Assembly (NCBI RefSeq): GCF_006345805.1
Contig: NC_043006.1
Span: forward strand, 46,004,001-46,068,000
DNA: 64,000 nucleotides
Reading direction: 5' to 3'
From: Octopus sinensis
Lineage: Eukaryota
How positions within the stretch are numbered: the stretch's first letter is position 1; the number at the start of each line of letters is the position of its first letter. A program made the translations under genes and the position numbers. Shown here piece by piece: positions 52,354-64,000 of this stretch. The notes beneath the pieces were generated by a model. That model had not been told where the DNA came from and made no database searches. It was given only the letters and a program-made list of their open reading frames with translations.

Positions 52354-53160
52354 TGACATGCGGAGCTGTACTTGCATAGCAAGTGACCTGATCTCAGATC
52401 GTGTGCTGGAACGAAAACAATTGCAGCGTGGAAGGTGTTTATAAGCCATTTAAGAAACACACAAAAACCGTTAGATTCATTTCGACATTCAAATTTAATT
52501 TGCCAAAATATTTTGGTGGCATTGTGACCGCGACCTGTTCACTGTCAAAATTCCTTGATGCATTTCTTGAAATACTAAACAGTAAATTTATTCAATAAAA
52601 CTGCGATTGGCTTCAACCGCAGCCTCCAAACGACTTCGCAATCTCCTGCAACTCTTCTGAACTGTCCCCTTGTTTAAGTTGGTAAATGATGCCATAACCT
52701 TTACCTTCAGTTCATCTTTGGTGCTACAAGGAGTTTTGTTGGGATCTCACTCAACTGCACCCCACTCATAATAATCAAGGGGGTTGCAGTCTGGGGAGTT
52801 ACGTGGCCAGATGTTAGGGGTGCAGTGGTCGCAGAAATTGTCTGACAGCCGTGAATGGTTTCCGCTTCTTGTGTGACATGGTGCAAAGTCCTGTCGCCAG
52901 AATAGGCTCTTCTAGCAGCCAGCATCTTGACCCAGGGCAGCATTACCTCCTGCAGGCACTTCATGTAGGCCTCCGTGTTGAGTGTGGAGCCGTGTGGAGA
53001 GATGAATGGAGGCATAACGTCGCCTTTACTAGTGATCACTCCAAACGCCATGATGTTGAATGGATGTTTGATTTTTATCACTTTCGGTACATGCACTGTC
53101 CTCGGATTGGCACCCAAACACTTTTAAATGTTCGTGTTGGGAGCTTCCGGTGTTAATACC
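52354..53160 (-). mobile_element. 3' part of a DD37D (maT-type) Tc1/mariner transposon
   Basis: IMAFGVITSKGDVMPP..; RQDFAPCH...WPRNSPDCNPLD with 37 residues between the two Asp; frameshift and stop; boundaries approximate. Confidence 0.85.
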
Positions 53161-53269
53161 AAGCAGTACAGCATGTAGTTTCCAAATTTCTGGCAGAGTG
53201 AATTGAGTTATGGTGCTGATTTTCTCACAGACGGTGCCCAACTGACCCTTCTATACTATGTAGTCGACA

Positions 53270-53760
53270 AAATGGTGGCGGCGACGGTAGTGGTGGTGTT
53301 GTTGCTGGTGTTGGTGCTTCTGCTGCTGCTACTGCTGCTGCGGGTTGGTCATCTTGAATTTCATGGTCGTGGTCGAGGTTGTTTAGTGGTGGTGCTGGTG
53401 GCGCTGGTTCTGGTGGTGGTGGTGGTGATGCTGCTGCTGCTGGTAGTGCTGGTGGTGCTGGTCGTGGTAGGAGTAGTGGTAGTGATGGTGGCGGTGGTGG
53501 AGATGGTGGTGGTAGTGGTGGTGGCGCTTGTGGTGATGGTGGAGGTGGTGGTGATGGTACTGATGGCGGTGTTGGTGATGGTGGATCCGCTGGTGCTGGT
53601 ACTGGTGGTGCTGTAAGTGATGCGGTGTTGCTGATGGTGAAGGTGATGACGAGGCTCGAAATAGCGATGGTGGTGTTAGTGATGACGATGCAGGTAGTAA
53701 TGGTTGAGGTGACGGTGTTGATGGCGATAGGGTGGTCTTGGCAGTCGTCACCGAGTTGGA
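53270..53760. repeat. Degenerate (GGT/GCT/GAT)n array
   Basis: Direct reading. Confidence 0.9.
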
Positions 53761-53959
53761 AATTGAAATATCATGTTTGATGAGGGTGGGGATAAGTGCA
53801 GCGATGGTTGTGGGCGGGATCGGTGGCGCTGACGTATATTAGACATGAATTACTAAAGTCCCAGCTCCATATATTAAGAGAAAAACACTTCTGTAAGGAC
53901 TGAAATGACAAAATGACAAAATGAATCATGGCAGACAACAGAGCACAGAAAACTAACAG

Positions 53960-55110
53960 TTGACATATATACATATATACATATATACATATATACATAC
54001 ATACACACGCGCACGCGCACATATAATCATACATACATACGCATATACACGCATGCATACATGCATACATACATACATAGATGCATACATACAGCATACA
54101 TACATGCACACACACCGCACGCACATATAAACATACATATGTACATACACACATACATTCACACACACATACATACATACATACATACATACATACATAC
54201 ATACAGACACATACATACATACACACACACATACATACATGCATATATACATACATGTATGCATAAATACATACATACATACACACACACGCACGCACAC
54301 ATAGTCATACATTCACACATACACACATACATACATACACACACACACACACGTCACGCACATATAATCATACATACATACGCATATACACAGACATACA
54401 TACATACATGCATACATATATACATAGATGCATACATACACGCATACATATATACATACATGCATAAATACATACATACACACACACGCACGCACACATA
54501 GTCATACATTCACACATACACACCTACATACATACATACATACATACATACATACATACATACATACATACATACGTACATACATACATACATACATACA
54601 TGAAAAACACAAACATGTATACATACGCATATACACACAAACAGAGATCTACATACATATATACATACATACATACTTACTCACATGTATACATACATGA
54701 ATGCATATATGCATGCATACATACATACACACACGCACATACATACACACATAAAAAACACAAAGATGTATACATATACACACACAAACATACACTCATA
54801 CATAAATACATTTATACATACACACGCACGCATATTTGTATGCACAAGTACCCACATGTATACATATACATACACATGCACGCATATATATGTGTGTATG
54901 CACAAACACACATGTATACATATACATACACACATATGTGTGTGTGCACACTCACTCACATACGCAAACATATTTATGTGCATATGTATATTGATATATA
55001 TGTTTGTATTTGTGCATGATTTTGCCTGTGTGTGCGTATATATGTGTGTGTGTGTGCACGCGCACGCATGCCTCTGGGTGTGTGTGTGTGTGTCTGTGTG
55101 TCTGTGTGTG
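53960..55110. repeat. (CATA)n/(CA)n field with higher-order duplications
   Basis: GCACATATAATCATACATACATACGCATATACAC at ~54015 and ~54358; CACATAGTCATACATTCACACAT at ~54297 and ~54495. Confidence 0.9.
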
Positions 55111-55116
55111 TGTGTG

Positions 55117-55190
55117 TGAATGTATTTGTGTAGTCTTTTACTCTCCTTTTACTCTTTTACTTGTTTCAGCCATTTGACTGCGGCCATGCA
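55117..55190 (-). mobile_element. SINE family A, 3' end only
   Basis: CTCTTTTACTTGTTTCAGCCATTTGACTGCGGCCATGC. Confidence 0.8.
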
Positions 55191-55233
55191 TATATATGTT
55201 TATATAATATTATATATGTGTGTGTGGTGTGTG

Positions 55234-55285
<52 letters not shown>

Positions 55286-55297
55286 GTTTGTCGCCCC

Positions 55298-55397
55298 NNN
55301 NNNNNNNNNNNNNNNNNNNNNNNNNNNNNNNNNNNNNNNNNNNNNNNNNNNNNNNNNNNNNNNNNNNNNNNNNNNNNNNNNNNNNNNNNNNNNNNNN
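55298..55397. other. Assembly gap (100 N)
   Basis: Run of N. Confidence 1.
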
Positions 55398-55497
55398 CTA
55401 AAGTTAAAAATTTAAATTCTAATTTAATTTATATTTATACTGTAAAATTAGATTTAATCCTAAATCTAATTTTTCCTGTAAGTTTGGATTTACTCCC

Positions 55498-55544
<47 letters not shown>

Positions 55545-55849
55545 ATATATATATATATATTATATAATATATATATATATAAAGGATGCAAATGGAAATA
55601 GCATGTCTCAGACAGAAGATAAACTGTTTTTATTTCAAAGTTTTATAAATTTTTACTGAGATTTAATAAGATGAGATTCATAGAAACCGGTAATATCTTC
55701 TTTATATAATTTTCCAAATAATTTTTTAAAATCATGTTTATTAAATTTCTTCTTAAATTGAAGTATCTTAGCCATACTTCCGTGCTATTTCCACCTCCAT
55801 CATTTACATATAAATATGGGATTTGTATAGCTCTCTAATCCTTTTTCAA

Positions 55850-55892
<43 letters not shown>

Positions 55893-55901
55893 TATATATA
55901 G

Positions 55902-55938
<37 letters not shown>

Positions 55939-56271
55939 GCATATACATGTGCATATACGGGTACAGGACGTCATCAACTGTAAACAATATGAAATGCGGA
56001 AACAAATGAGTTCAATAGGCAAACAACGAGAGGAAACAAATAGAAAACAGAACAAGTAACAGAAGGATAATCTTCGTTAGTTGTCGGCTGTCTTTCTACT
56101 CCTCATTTCGAGCATTGAACGATAATATGAGTCTTTGAAGGCAGTTGCTACCATTAATACCAAAAGGTATGGAACCACTGTGGGAACCACTTCGTCACGG
56201 CTAAAATGTTTTTCGCATAGAAAATAATAGCGTACACTAGGAATTGAAGCTGAATTCATATAATGATAGGT

Positions 56272-56443
56272 GTAGGTGTAGTGGTGTGGTTAAGAAGCTC
56301 GTTTCGCAACCACCTCTTTTCGGGTTCAGTCTCACTGCAACTAATTTGAGGCCGAGTCGACCAATGGCTGAGGGACAAACACAGACATACAAACATATAC
56401 ACACACACACATACATACATACATACATACATACATACATACA

Positions 56444-56479
<36 letters not shown>

Positions 56480-56699
56480 TATATATACATATATACGACG
56501 AGCTTTTTTCAGGTTCCATCTACCAAATCTACTCACAAGGCTTTGGTCGGCCCGAGGCTATAGTAGAAGACACTTGCCCAAGGTGCCACTCAGTGGGAAT
56601 GAACCCAGAACTATGTGGTTGGTAAGCAAGCTACTTACCACACATCCACTCCTGCGCCTATATATTGTTATATATATATATATATATATTATATATATC

Positions 56700-56755
<56 letters not shown>

Positions 56756-56990
56756 ATATGTATGTATATATATGGGAATGGGTTGTCTTTGAGGCTGTGT
56801 ATGTCTCCCCACCGCTTGACAACGGCTGTTGGTTGGTTTATATACGCGTAACTTAGTGGTCGATAGAATAAGTACCAGTCTTTAAAATAAGTACAGGAAT
56901 CTTTTGTTCGTCAAAGACCTTTGAAGGTGGTGCCCCAGCATCGTCGCAGTATAGCGATTGAAAGAAATAAAAGATAAAAGAATAAAATAA
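56272..56990. mobile_element. Old plus-strand SINE A (56272-56360 and 56780-56990) interrupted by a younger minus-strand SINE A 5' half (56370-56660)
   Basis: Diverged head and tail flank a well-preserved inverted copy. Confidence 0.7.
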
Positions 56991-57214
56991 TGCAACAAAA
57001 AAGAGAAAGAAGAAAGAGGAACTAAGGGATGCAGAAAATATAAAAACGAATTGTAAAGATTTCTATAGATCTGGAAAATAGGGCCATTATTTTAAGGAAA
57101 TCGCTTACAAACAGAAAACCATCAAAAGATACGGAAATACTGAATGTAAAATTCACAAATGTTTTCACGTCCTTCGATAAATTTTGAACACTACATCTCT
57201 ACAAACGGAAGTGG

Positions 57215-57300
57215 CAACCATGGATCACATCGATAAAAAGGAAGGGAGATGTACAATTAGCCATAGATGAAGCAAGCTTAAATTCAGCAACACGCTTTCG
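57215..57300 (+). pseudogene. Possible gypsy RT N-terminal remnant
   Basis: WITSIKRKGDVQLAIDEASLNSAT resembles the K..GD.RL.ID...LN motif; short, by eye only. Confidence 0.2.
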
Positions 57301-57727
57301 TGGATTCCAAGCAATTGCCTTTAAACCATGCAAATAGGCTTAATCGAAATCACTTCAAAAAATTTAACAGAGTTTCCTAACAAGTGATAAACTCCCACCC
57401 CACGAAGTCGAAAGAACGCAAAATATATGCAATTCATAAAACAGGAAGCAGGGCAGATGCTAAATATTACTGATGTAACTCTTCTACTTCACATTGAAAT
57501 GTAATGGAACGAAATAGCGGAAAACGTTTTTAGAAGTAAATGTCTTGCTGACACTGAATACAGTTTCCAGGTTTCTCTTAAAAGAGAAGCTGCCTTGTAT
57601 GTAATCTCTGCAGCATTACAACGTTGTTTCGAACATATAACGGCAATAAATATAAGCTGGAGTAACATCTTCCAGCGCTCTCATTCAAAGAAGCAAACTA
57701 CAGAAGGAGAGGTCTGTCTGTCCATCC

Positions 57728-57759
<32 letters not shown>

Positions 57760-57764
57760 GCCTG

Positions 57765-57825
<61 letters not shown>

Positions 57826-58379
57826 TCGGCTCGAGTTTGACTTGCGAACCGAGTTTCACGCCGGCGGGATCACAATGACGTGAAACTCGAACAAACCAGA
57901 CAAACTTCCCGCTTCGATAAAAACCACATCCTGCACAAGATATAAGCCAACATAAGAAATGTGTGCGTTGTTTGCTTGTTTGTTTGTTTGTTTGTCTGTT
58001 AATCAAAAGGCGATTGCTTTTTGATTAACGATATTGATGCTGTCTTCTTGCGTAAACAAATGCACGGCCAGTTTGAACAGAAGATCCTTGTCTACTGCTT
58101 GAAATTTCAAGATGAAGAGAATCTTACAGAGAGAAAATTAGTACAGAGTTATGGACAGAGCGAAGTCTGGCTTTAACATCTTTGATTCAATCTTCTAATA
58201 TCTTTTTGACCAAACATCACAAGCCAAATTGCCGAAGGAAATAAGTGCAAGCGATCACAAGAAATCAAATACATTACGCATATTTATTTTATCAAATCTT
58301 TCTTCATGGGTTGATGAAAGGTAAAATCCAGATATGCAGCATTTGAAATGAGGAAATTTATAGAATGTTTATCTTCTGT

Positions 58380-58567
58380 CTGTTATCTTTTACTTGTTTC
58401 ATTCATTAGACTGCGGTCATAATTTTTTTAGTCGAACGAATCGTCACTCATATTTCGTACTTTTTTCAAATCTGGTACTTATTTTATCTGTTCACTTTTT
58501 ACTGAATTGATAAAAGATTTCGACGAAAACACAATAACACCGGTTGTAAGTGGTGGGGTATATGTAT

Positions 58568-58622
<55 letters not shown>

Positions 58623-58912
58623 GGTGTTTGTGCAAAAGTAGTTATACAGTTATGAAAAAAAACATACAATGCTCATTTTTTTAATGAAAAAAATGAAAGA
58701 CCAGCCTCATTTTTGATATTTTCAGTGCCATTGATTATAGTAATATAATTATCATAACTACGATAATACCGTTATCGTAACTTTAAGATTGTAAGTGGTT
58801 TGTTTTTCTCATAACTGTATACCTACTTTTTCACCCCTATATATATACATATATATATATATTATATATATTATATTATATATATATATATATATATATA
58901 TGATATATATAT

Positions 58913-59008
<96 letters not shown>

Positions 59009-59019
59009 GTATATATATA

Positions 59020-59070
<51 letters not shown>

Positions 59071-59235
59071 CATACACGATGGGCTTCATTCAGTTTCTGT
59101 CTACTAAATCCACTCACAAGGCTTTGGTCGGCCCGAGGTTACAGTAGAAAACATTTGCTGAAGGTGCTACGCAGTGGAACTGAACCAGAAACCATGTAGT
59201 TGGGAAACAAACTTCTTACACGCAGCCATATCTGG
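58380..59235 (-). mobile_element. SINE family A split at its microsatellite (3' half 58380-58555, 5' half 59076-59235)
   Basis: Both halves on minus in the expected order around (TA)n. Confidence 0.65.
58622..58837. mobile_element. MITE with ~35-bp imperfect TIRs in (TA)n
   Basis: AAAAGTAGTTATACAGTTATGAAAAA left versus TTTCTCATAACTGTATACCTACTTTT right. Confidence 0.7.
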
Positions 59236-59679
59236 ACCCATATGTAGATATAAAGTTAGAAACATAGACACATAGCTAAGTATAGAGCGTAATATAATAA
59301 AAGATGAAGGGTGGTTGTAACTGGCATTAAATCATGAGTGAATTTGAAAATATATAAATTAAACTGAAAATGCACGAAAATTAGGATGGTGGGAGTTCAT
59401 AGTAATTGTTTATTGATAGGCTGATATCCAAGAAGTCCTTACTCTAATTTCATAGATAAAGGAGAGGAGAATCTAACTAGTCATTCGTAATGGTTCATTC
59501 TGGATAGGTGATAAAAATCCGGCGAGTTCATACTCGAACCTCGCAAAAAAGAAATTAGTGTATACGAGTAATCCTTTACAGCTGTTTCTGGGGTTTGGCT
59601 TTACGTGCGAGTAATAACAGGCTTGTTTTAAAGAATGTATATAAATAATACAAGTTAAATAATACGAACAACTCCCCTA

Positions 59680-59893
59680 CGAGGGGTGCTGAAAAGTTCC
59701 TGTCTTTAAGCGCATCGCGAAAGGCCTGGTTGGTGGCCTAACCTCCTGAGTTTTTTTTACAGGGGCTTAGAAATACTGAAGGACTGTTGTTATAAGTTGT
59801 GAATCTGAGAAATGTTATGCTCAATAAAATCATAATCAACAGATTAACTGTATTTTCTTTTACCCCAAGCCAGGAATTTTTCAGCAACCTTCG
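59680..59893. mobile_element. Mariner-type MITE
   Basis: TA|CGAGGGGTGCTGAAAAGTTCCTG ... CCAGGAATTTTTCAGCAACCTTCG|TA. Confidence 0.85.
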
Positions 59894-60014
59894 TATTCTG
59901 AGAGTGGGTATATATGTGTGTGTGTGTGGGGGGGGGTTCTGTGTATTTGTGTGTGTGCTTGTGTGTGTTTGTGTATGCATGTGTGTGAGTGTGATATGTA
60001 TGTATTTATGTATA

Positions 60015-60180
60015 TAGGTGTAGGGGTGGTGTGTGGTAAGTAGCTTGCTTACCAACCACATAGTTCCAGGTTCAGTCCCACTGCGTGGTACCTTGGGCAA
60101 GTGTCTTCTACTATAGCCTCGGGTCAACCAAAACCTTGTGAGTGGATTTGGTAGACGGAAACTGAAAGAAGCCCGTCGTA

Positions 60181-60234
<54 letters not shown>

Positions 60235-60477
60235 ATGTGTGTGTGTGTGTGTGGTGTGTGTGTGTATGTGTGTGTATGTGTGTGTATATGTATGTATCTC
60301 TTTGGTCCCCCCATAATCGAAAAACCGATGCTGGTGTGTTTACGTCCCCGTAACTTAGTTGTTCGGCAAAAAGGCTTACAAAGAATAAGTCCTGGGGTCG
60401 ATTTGCTCGATCGACTAAAAGTGGTGCTCCAGCAAGGCTACAGTCAAATGACTGAAACAAGTAAAAGAGTAAAGAGT
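60015..60477 (+). mobile_element. SINE family A
   Basis: Head, core, microsatellite, tail. Confidence 0.92.
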
Positions 60478-60789
60478 ATATCAGCGTTTCCTTCTTATCG
60501 AGGATATTTCCAAAATGTCTTCCTCCTTCTGAGCCATTCGCTAGGGAGAAGCTGATTCGAGACTTTCAGTAGGGATTGGCTTTCAAAATTCCTGTATCGA
60601 TGCCACGATGCTCTTCTTTTCCTTCCAACTCCTAACTTTTCAATCTTTTACAACCAGTTTCAGAGCTATTCAAAAAGGAAATAAAATTGGCTGGCGTTCA
60701 TGATTTTCTTCAAGAAAATTTCACCGAGAAGGATATTCCAAATTGCTTTTTAGTCTATAACATTTAGAAAGTAGAACCAAAATGGCTAC

Positions 60790-60965
60790 TTGCCAGAAAT
60801 CCGAAGTCTCGCAATAATTATTTTCCTTCTCTTAAGATTCCTAGTTCAAATCTGTCCGAGATGACTTTCGTTTCATTCCTCGAGGGTTGATGAAATATGT
60901 AAGTAAAACGTTAGTGCAATGATTCACTAAAAATGATTGTTTGGCGTTGTGCCCACAAACAAGAA
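60790..60965 (+). mobile_element. Degraded SINE family B
   Basis: CTAGTTCAAATCTGTCCGAGATGACTTTCG..TTCATTCCTCGAGGGTTGATGAAA. Confidence 0.5.
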
Positions 60966-61179
60966 GTGAAATATATTCACACAAACTTACAGATACTCAT
61001 ACGGAAGTAAGTGTAATATATTGGTTGAATCAATTCAGATACATGTTTGATGCTTAATCATGATTGTAAACACCTGAACGTATGTTAATTCCGGCGGGAT
61101 TTGACCTCAAAACCTTGAGAAAAGAAACTGATTAATGGAAAATATCGTCCACTTCAAAATCTCCATTTTAATAAAGATA

Positions 61180-61396
61180 ATGATTTCAAATTTTGGCACA
61201 AGGCTAGAAACTTCGGGGGAGGGGAATAAGTCGATTAGAGTGACACCAGTGTTCAATTGGTACTTGTTTTATTGACCCCGAAAGAATAAAAGTCAAAGTC
61301 GAACCCGGCGGGATTTGAACTCAGAACGTAGAGACGGATGAAATGCCATTAAGTATTTTGTCAGGAGTGCTAACAATTCTGCCAGTTCGCTGCCTC
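61180..61396 (-). mobile_element. SINE family B
   Basis: Reverse complement of head, central domain and alternative tail. Confidence 0.85.
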
Positions 61397-61439
61397 GGTG
61401 AAAATATTTTCTGGCATGACGCCTAACCACAGGTTTTGT

Positions 61440-61570
61440 GATATTTGTCTATAGCTATGTAGTGAAGAGACTTGCTCTGCAACAGATTGGTTTTGAGTTC
61501 AATCCCTCTCACTGGACCAACCTGTGCCATGTGAGTGAATATGGCAGACGGAAACTATATGGAAGCCCAT
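61440..61570 (+). mobile_element. Degraded SINE family A, 5' half
   Basis: GAGTTCAATCCC..GTGAGTGAATATGGCAGACGGAAACT. Confidence 0.55.
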
Positions 61571-61836
61571 CTTATATATGTATAGATGAAAGACAGAAAA
61601 TGGAATTCACGAGATACTTTATTCAAATCCACTACAATTATTTAGACTCATCCCACATCTGTACCTCACAGGTGAGATGCTGTATAATCAATTGTTTAGC
61701 ATTACAGGTGCAGGGTATGTGACTCTTCATGCGGCTTTTTAAACAAGTACTTCACTCTTTCTCTCCATTTCACCTACTTCTATTAAGAGAACATCCTGCA
61801 AGGTTTATACGCAAATATATTATGATTTAAAATACA

Positions 61837-62053
61837 CGAGAGGGTGATGAAACGTTCATGACTTTAAGGTTATTGTTAAAGGGTTAGTTGGAGGCCCAAC
61901 CGTCCGAGTTCGTTTACAGGGATTGCAAAAACTGAAGGACCGCTGCAATAAGTGCGTGAATCTGAGAGGGGAATATATTGAATAAAATCATAATTAACTG
62001 ATCCTCCTGTATTTTCTTTTACCCAAAGCTAGGAACTTCTCAGCATCCCTTCA
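61837..62053. mobile_element. Mariner-type MITE (second copy)
   Basis: Homologous along its length to 59680-59893. Confidence 0.8.
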
Positions 62054-62094
62054 TATATGTATATATATATATATTAATATATATAGTATGCGTG

Positions 62095-62250
62095 CGTATT
62101 CAGGTTTGTGCTTACCCGCCCACTGCTTGACAACACATGCTGGTTTGTTTACGTCACCGTAACTTAGCGCTACGGCAAAATCAACCGATAGAATGTGCCA
62201 GACTTTAAATAAATAAGTACTGAGTCGATTAGATAAAAGTTAACAAGTAA
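62095..62250 (+). mobile_element. Degraded SINE family A, 3' half
   Basis: GCTTGACAAC..GTTTACGTCACCGTAACTTAGCG..CCGATAGAAT. Confidence 0.6.
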
Positions 62251-62810
62251 AAGAAACTCATTGCAATTAATTTCATGGGTGAATATTTTATGGACTCTAC
62301 TTGACTAAAATTCAGAACAAAGATGCACGTAACTCAATGCGACAAACTATTTGACTCGGTACTTAAGCGTTTCTATTACTAACTATCCTATCTGATATAT
62401 CATAATGCATTTTGTTCGGTGTTCTAGCACCTCGGTCACTAACTGCACGACCGTAAATACCGCAAGATGATTTACTAGATCCACCAGTGCCTTCTACTCT
62501 AGCCTCGGCCCGATCAGAGCCTTGTGACGGAAGCTGAAAGAAGATTGTCATATATATATGGTTTATTCTACTGAAGATCGTAAAGCAATTTTTTGCAGAG
62601 CGTGAAATCTCGAGGTATAGGATTATCCAATTTTTTTTTATGCATTTTCTTGCTCGCTCCCTCGCTTTCGTACCTGTGGTTGAATAGAGAGAGCAAATTG
62701 CAGAGTAGATTGTAGGTATTTGACACCTATTTCTAGCATTAGCGCTAGTCATTTCCAGTAGCCCTTTACTATAATTATATCTTTATAATTATATACGTAA
62801 AATATATATA

Positions 62811-63235
62811 TTCTTTTATTCTTTTACTTGTTTCAATCATTTGACTGCGGCCATGTTGGAGCACCGCCTTTTTTCGAACAAATCGACTCTAGGACTTATT
62901 CTTTGTAAGCCTAGTACTTATTCTAGCGGATACTTTTGCCGAATCACTAAGTTACGGGGATGTAAACACACCAACATCGATTGTCACTCGATTGTGGGGG
63001 GGGGAACATGCACACACACACAACACACACACACACACACACACTCATACATAACATACATGCATATATATATATATAGATATATATTATATATATATAT
63101 AATAGAAATATAAAATAACTAAGTCTCTCTATATACGATGAGCTTCTTTCAATTTCCATCTACCAAATCCGCTCATAAGGCTTTCGCCGGCCCGAGGCTT
63201 ATAGCAGAAGACACTTGCCCAGGGTACCACAGCCA
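62811..63235 (-). mobile_element. SINE family A
   Basis: Reverse complement of tail, microsatellite and core. Confidence 0.85.
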
Positions 63236-63244
63236 GGCCTGCGG

Positions 63245-63277
<33 letters not shown>

Positions 63278-63685
63278 GGTCTGTGTGTGTGTGTGGTGTG
63301 TCTGTGTCTGTGTGTGAGTGTGTGCGTGCGTCTAAATGTGGGGGTGTGTATGCCTGTATGTATATATGTATGTGTGGTTATGCGTCAGTATCTGTGTGTG
63401 TGTTGGGCTTTAGCTAAATTCGTCCATAAGACACTGGCCAATTGAAAGTTACGCTCCAAATTGGGATCGATAGGGAAACGATGCGGTTGCGAAGCGAATT
63501 CTTCTTAACGACAGAGTCATCCATGCTAGTTTGCACGAGAAACAATGGGACTAAGATAAATCTTCAAATACACGCGTTCAAGTTTAAATGAACCATGACA
63601 ATTCTGTAACCACGTTGCTATCACTTAGATTTCTGAACGTGTCTACACGAACGGTATTGGAAATCAATGCTTTTACAAATGTGCT

Positions 63686-63748
<63 letters not shown>

Positions 63749-64000
63749 ATATATATATTACAGTTGTACCGATTGAAAATCAATTGATGCACACATTTCA
63801 CACTTTCAATAATGGTTTTTAATTCAATAGCATCATTTGATGTCAATTCTTAGGTTTTCGGTTCGTCTTCGCACACGACGGCATTGTTATTTCTTATTGC
63901 TGTCGGGGTTATAAACTTTACTTACAACTTACTGCTATTGTCTATTGCAACATGTAGGATTGCTTTACATGATAAACGTGTTTGTTATATAAAACTGATG

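Noticed and set aside
53203-53780. Gly-rich and Val-rich ORFs resembling structural proteins
   Set aside because: Same trinucleotide-array artefact

Overview
AT-rich animal genomic DNA, very rich in repeats. I recognise no host protein-coding exon, no intact ORF and no true tRNA/rRNA gene; nearly all listed ORFs are microsatellite translations. The SINE families and microsatellite load look like a cephalopod (Octopus-like) genome, which is an inference from recall, not a search. Contents: (1) a ~6.2 kb frameshifted Tx1/L1-clade LINE (17309-23516, minus) plus a 3'-end fragment (31840-32095), both flanked by (GATA)n on each side; (2) five fragments of R4/Dong-type RLE retrotransposons from about 3 subfamilies, associated with (TAA)n arrays; (3) a decayed mariner, a DD37D/maT remnant, three MITEs and two non-autonomous Helitrons; (4) about 30 tRNA-derived SINE copies from 3 families; (5) a 100-N gap. 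The main discovery is five type-I hammerhead ribozyme motifs from three distinct non-coding element families, all with minimal or palindromic stem III as in Penelope/retrozyme hammerheads. Two sit in an inverted dimer of a tRNA-headed, hammerhead-tailed SINE-like element bounded by a 14-bp target-site duplication (3560-5195). Two identical copies sit in a young element with a 534-nt period and direct plus inverted arms (29241-30353). One has a long stem-II insert (13568-13693).
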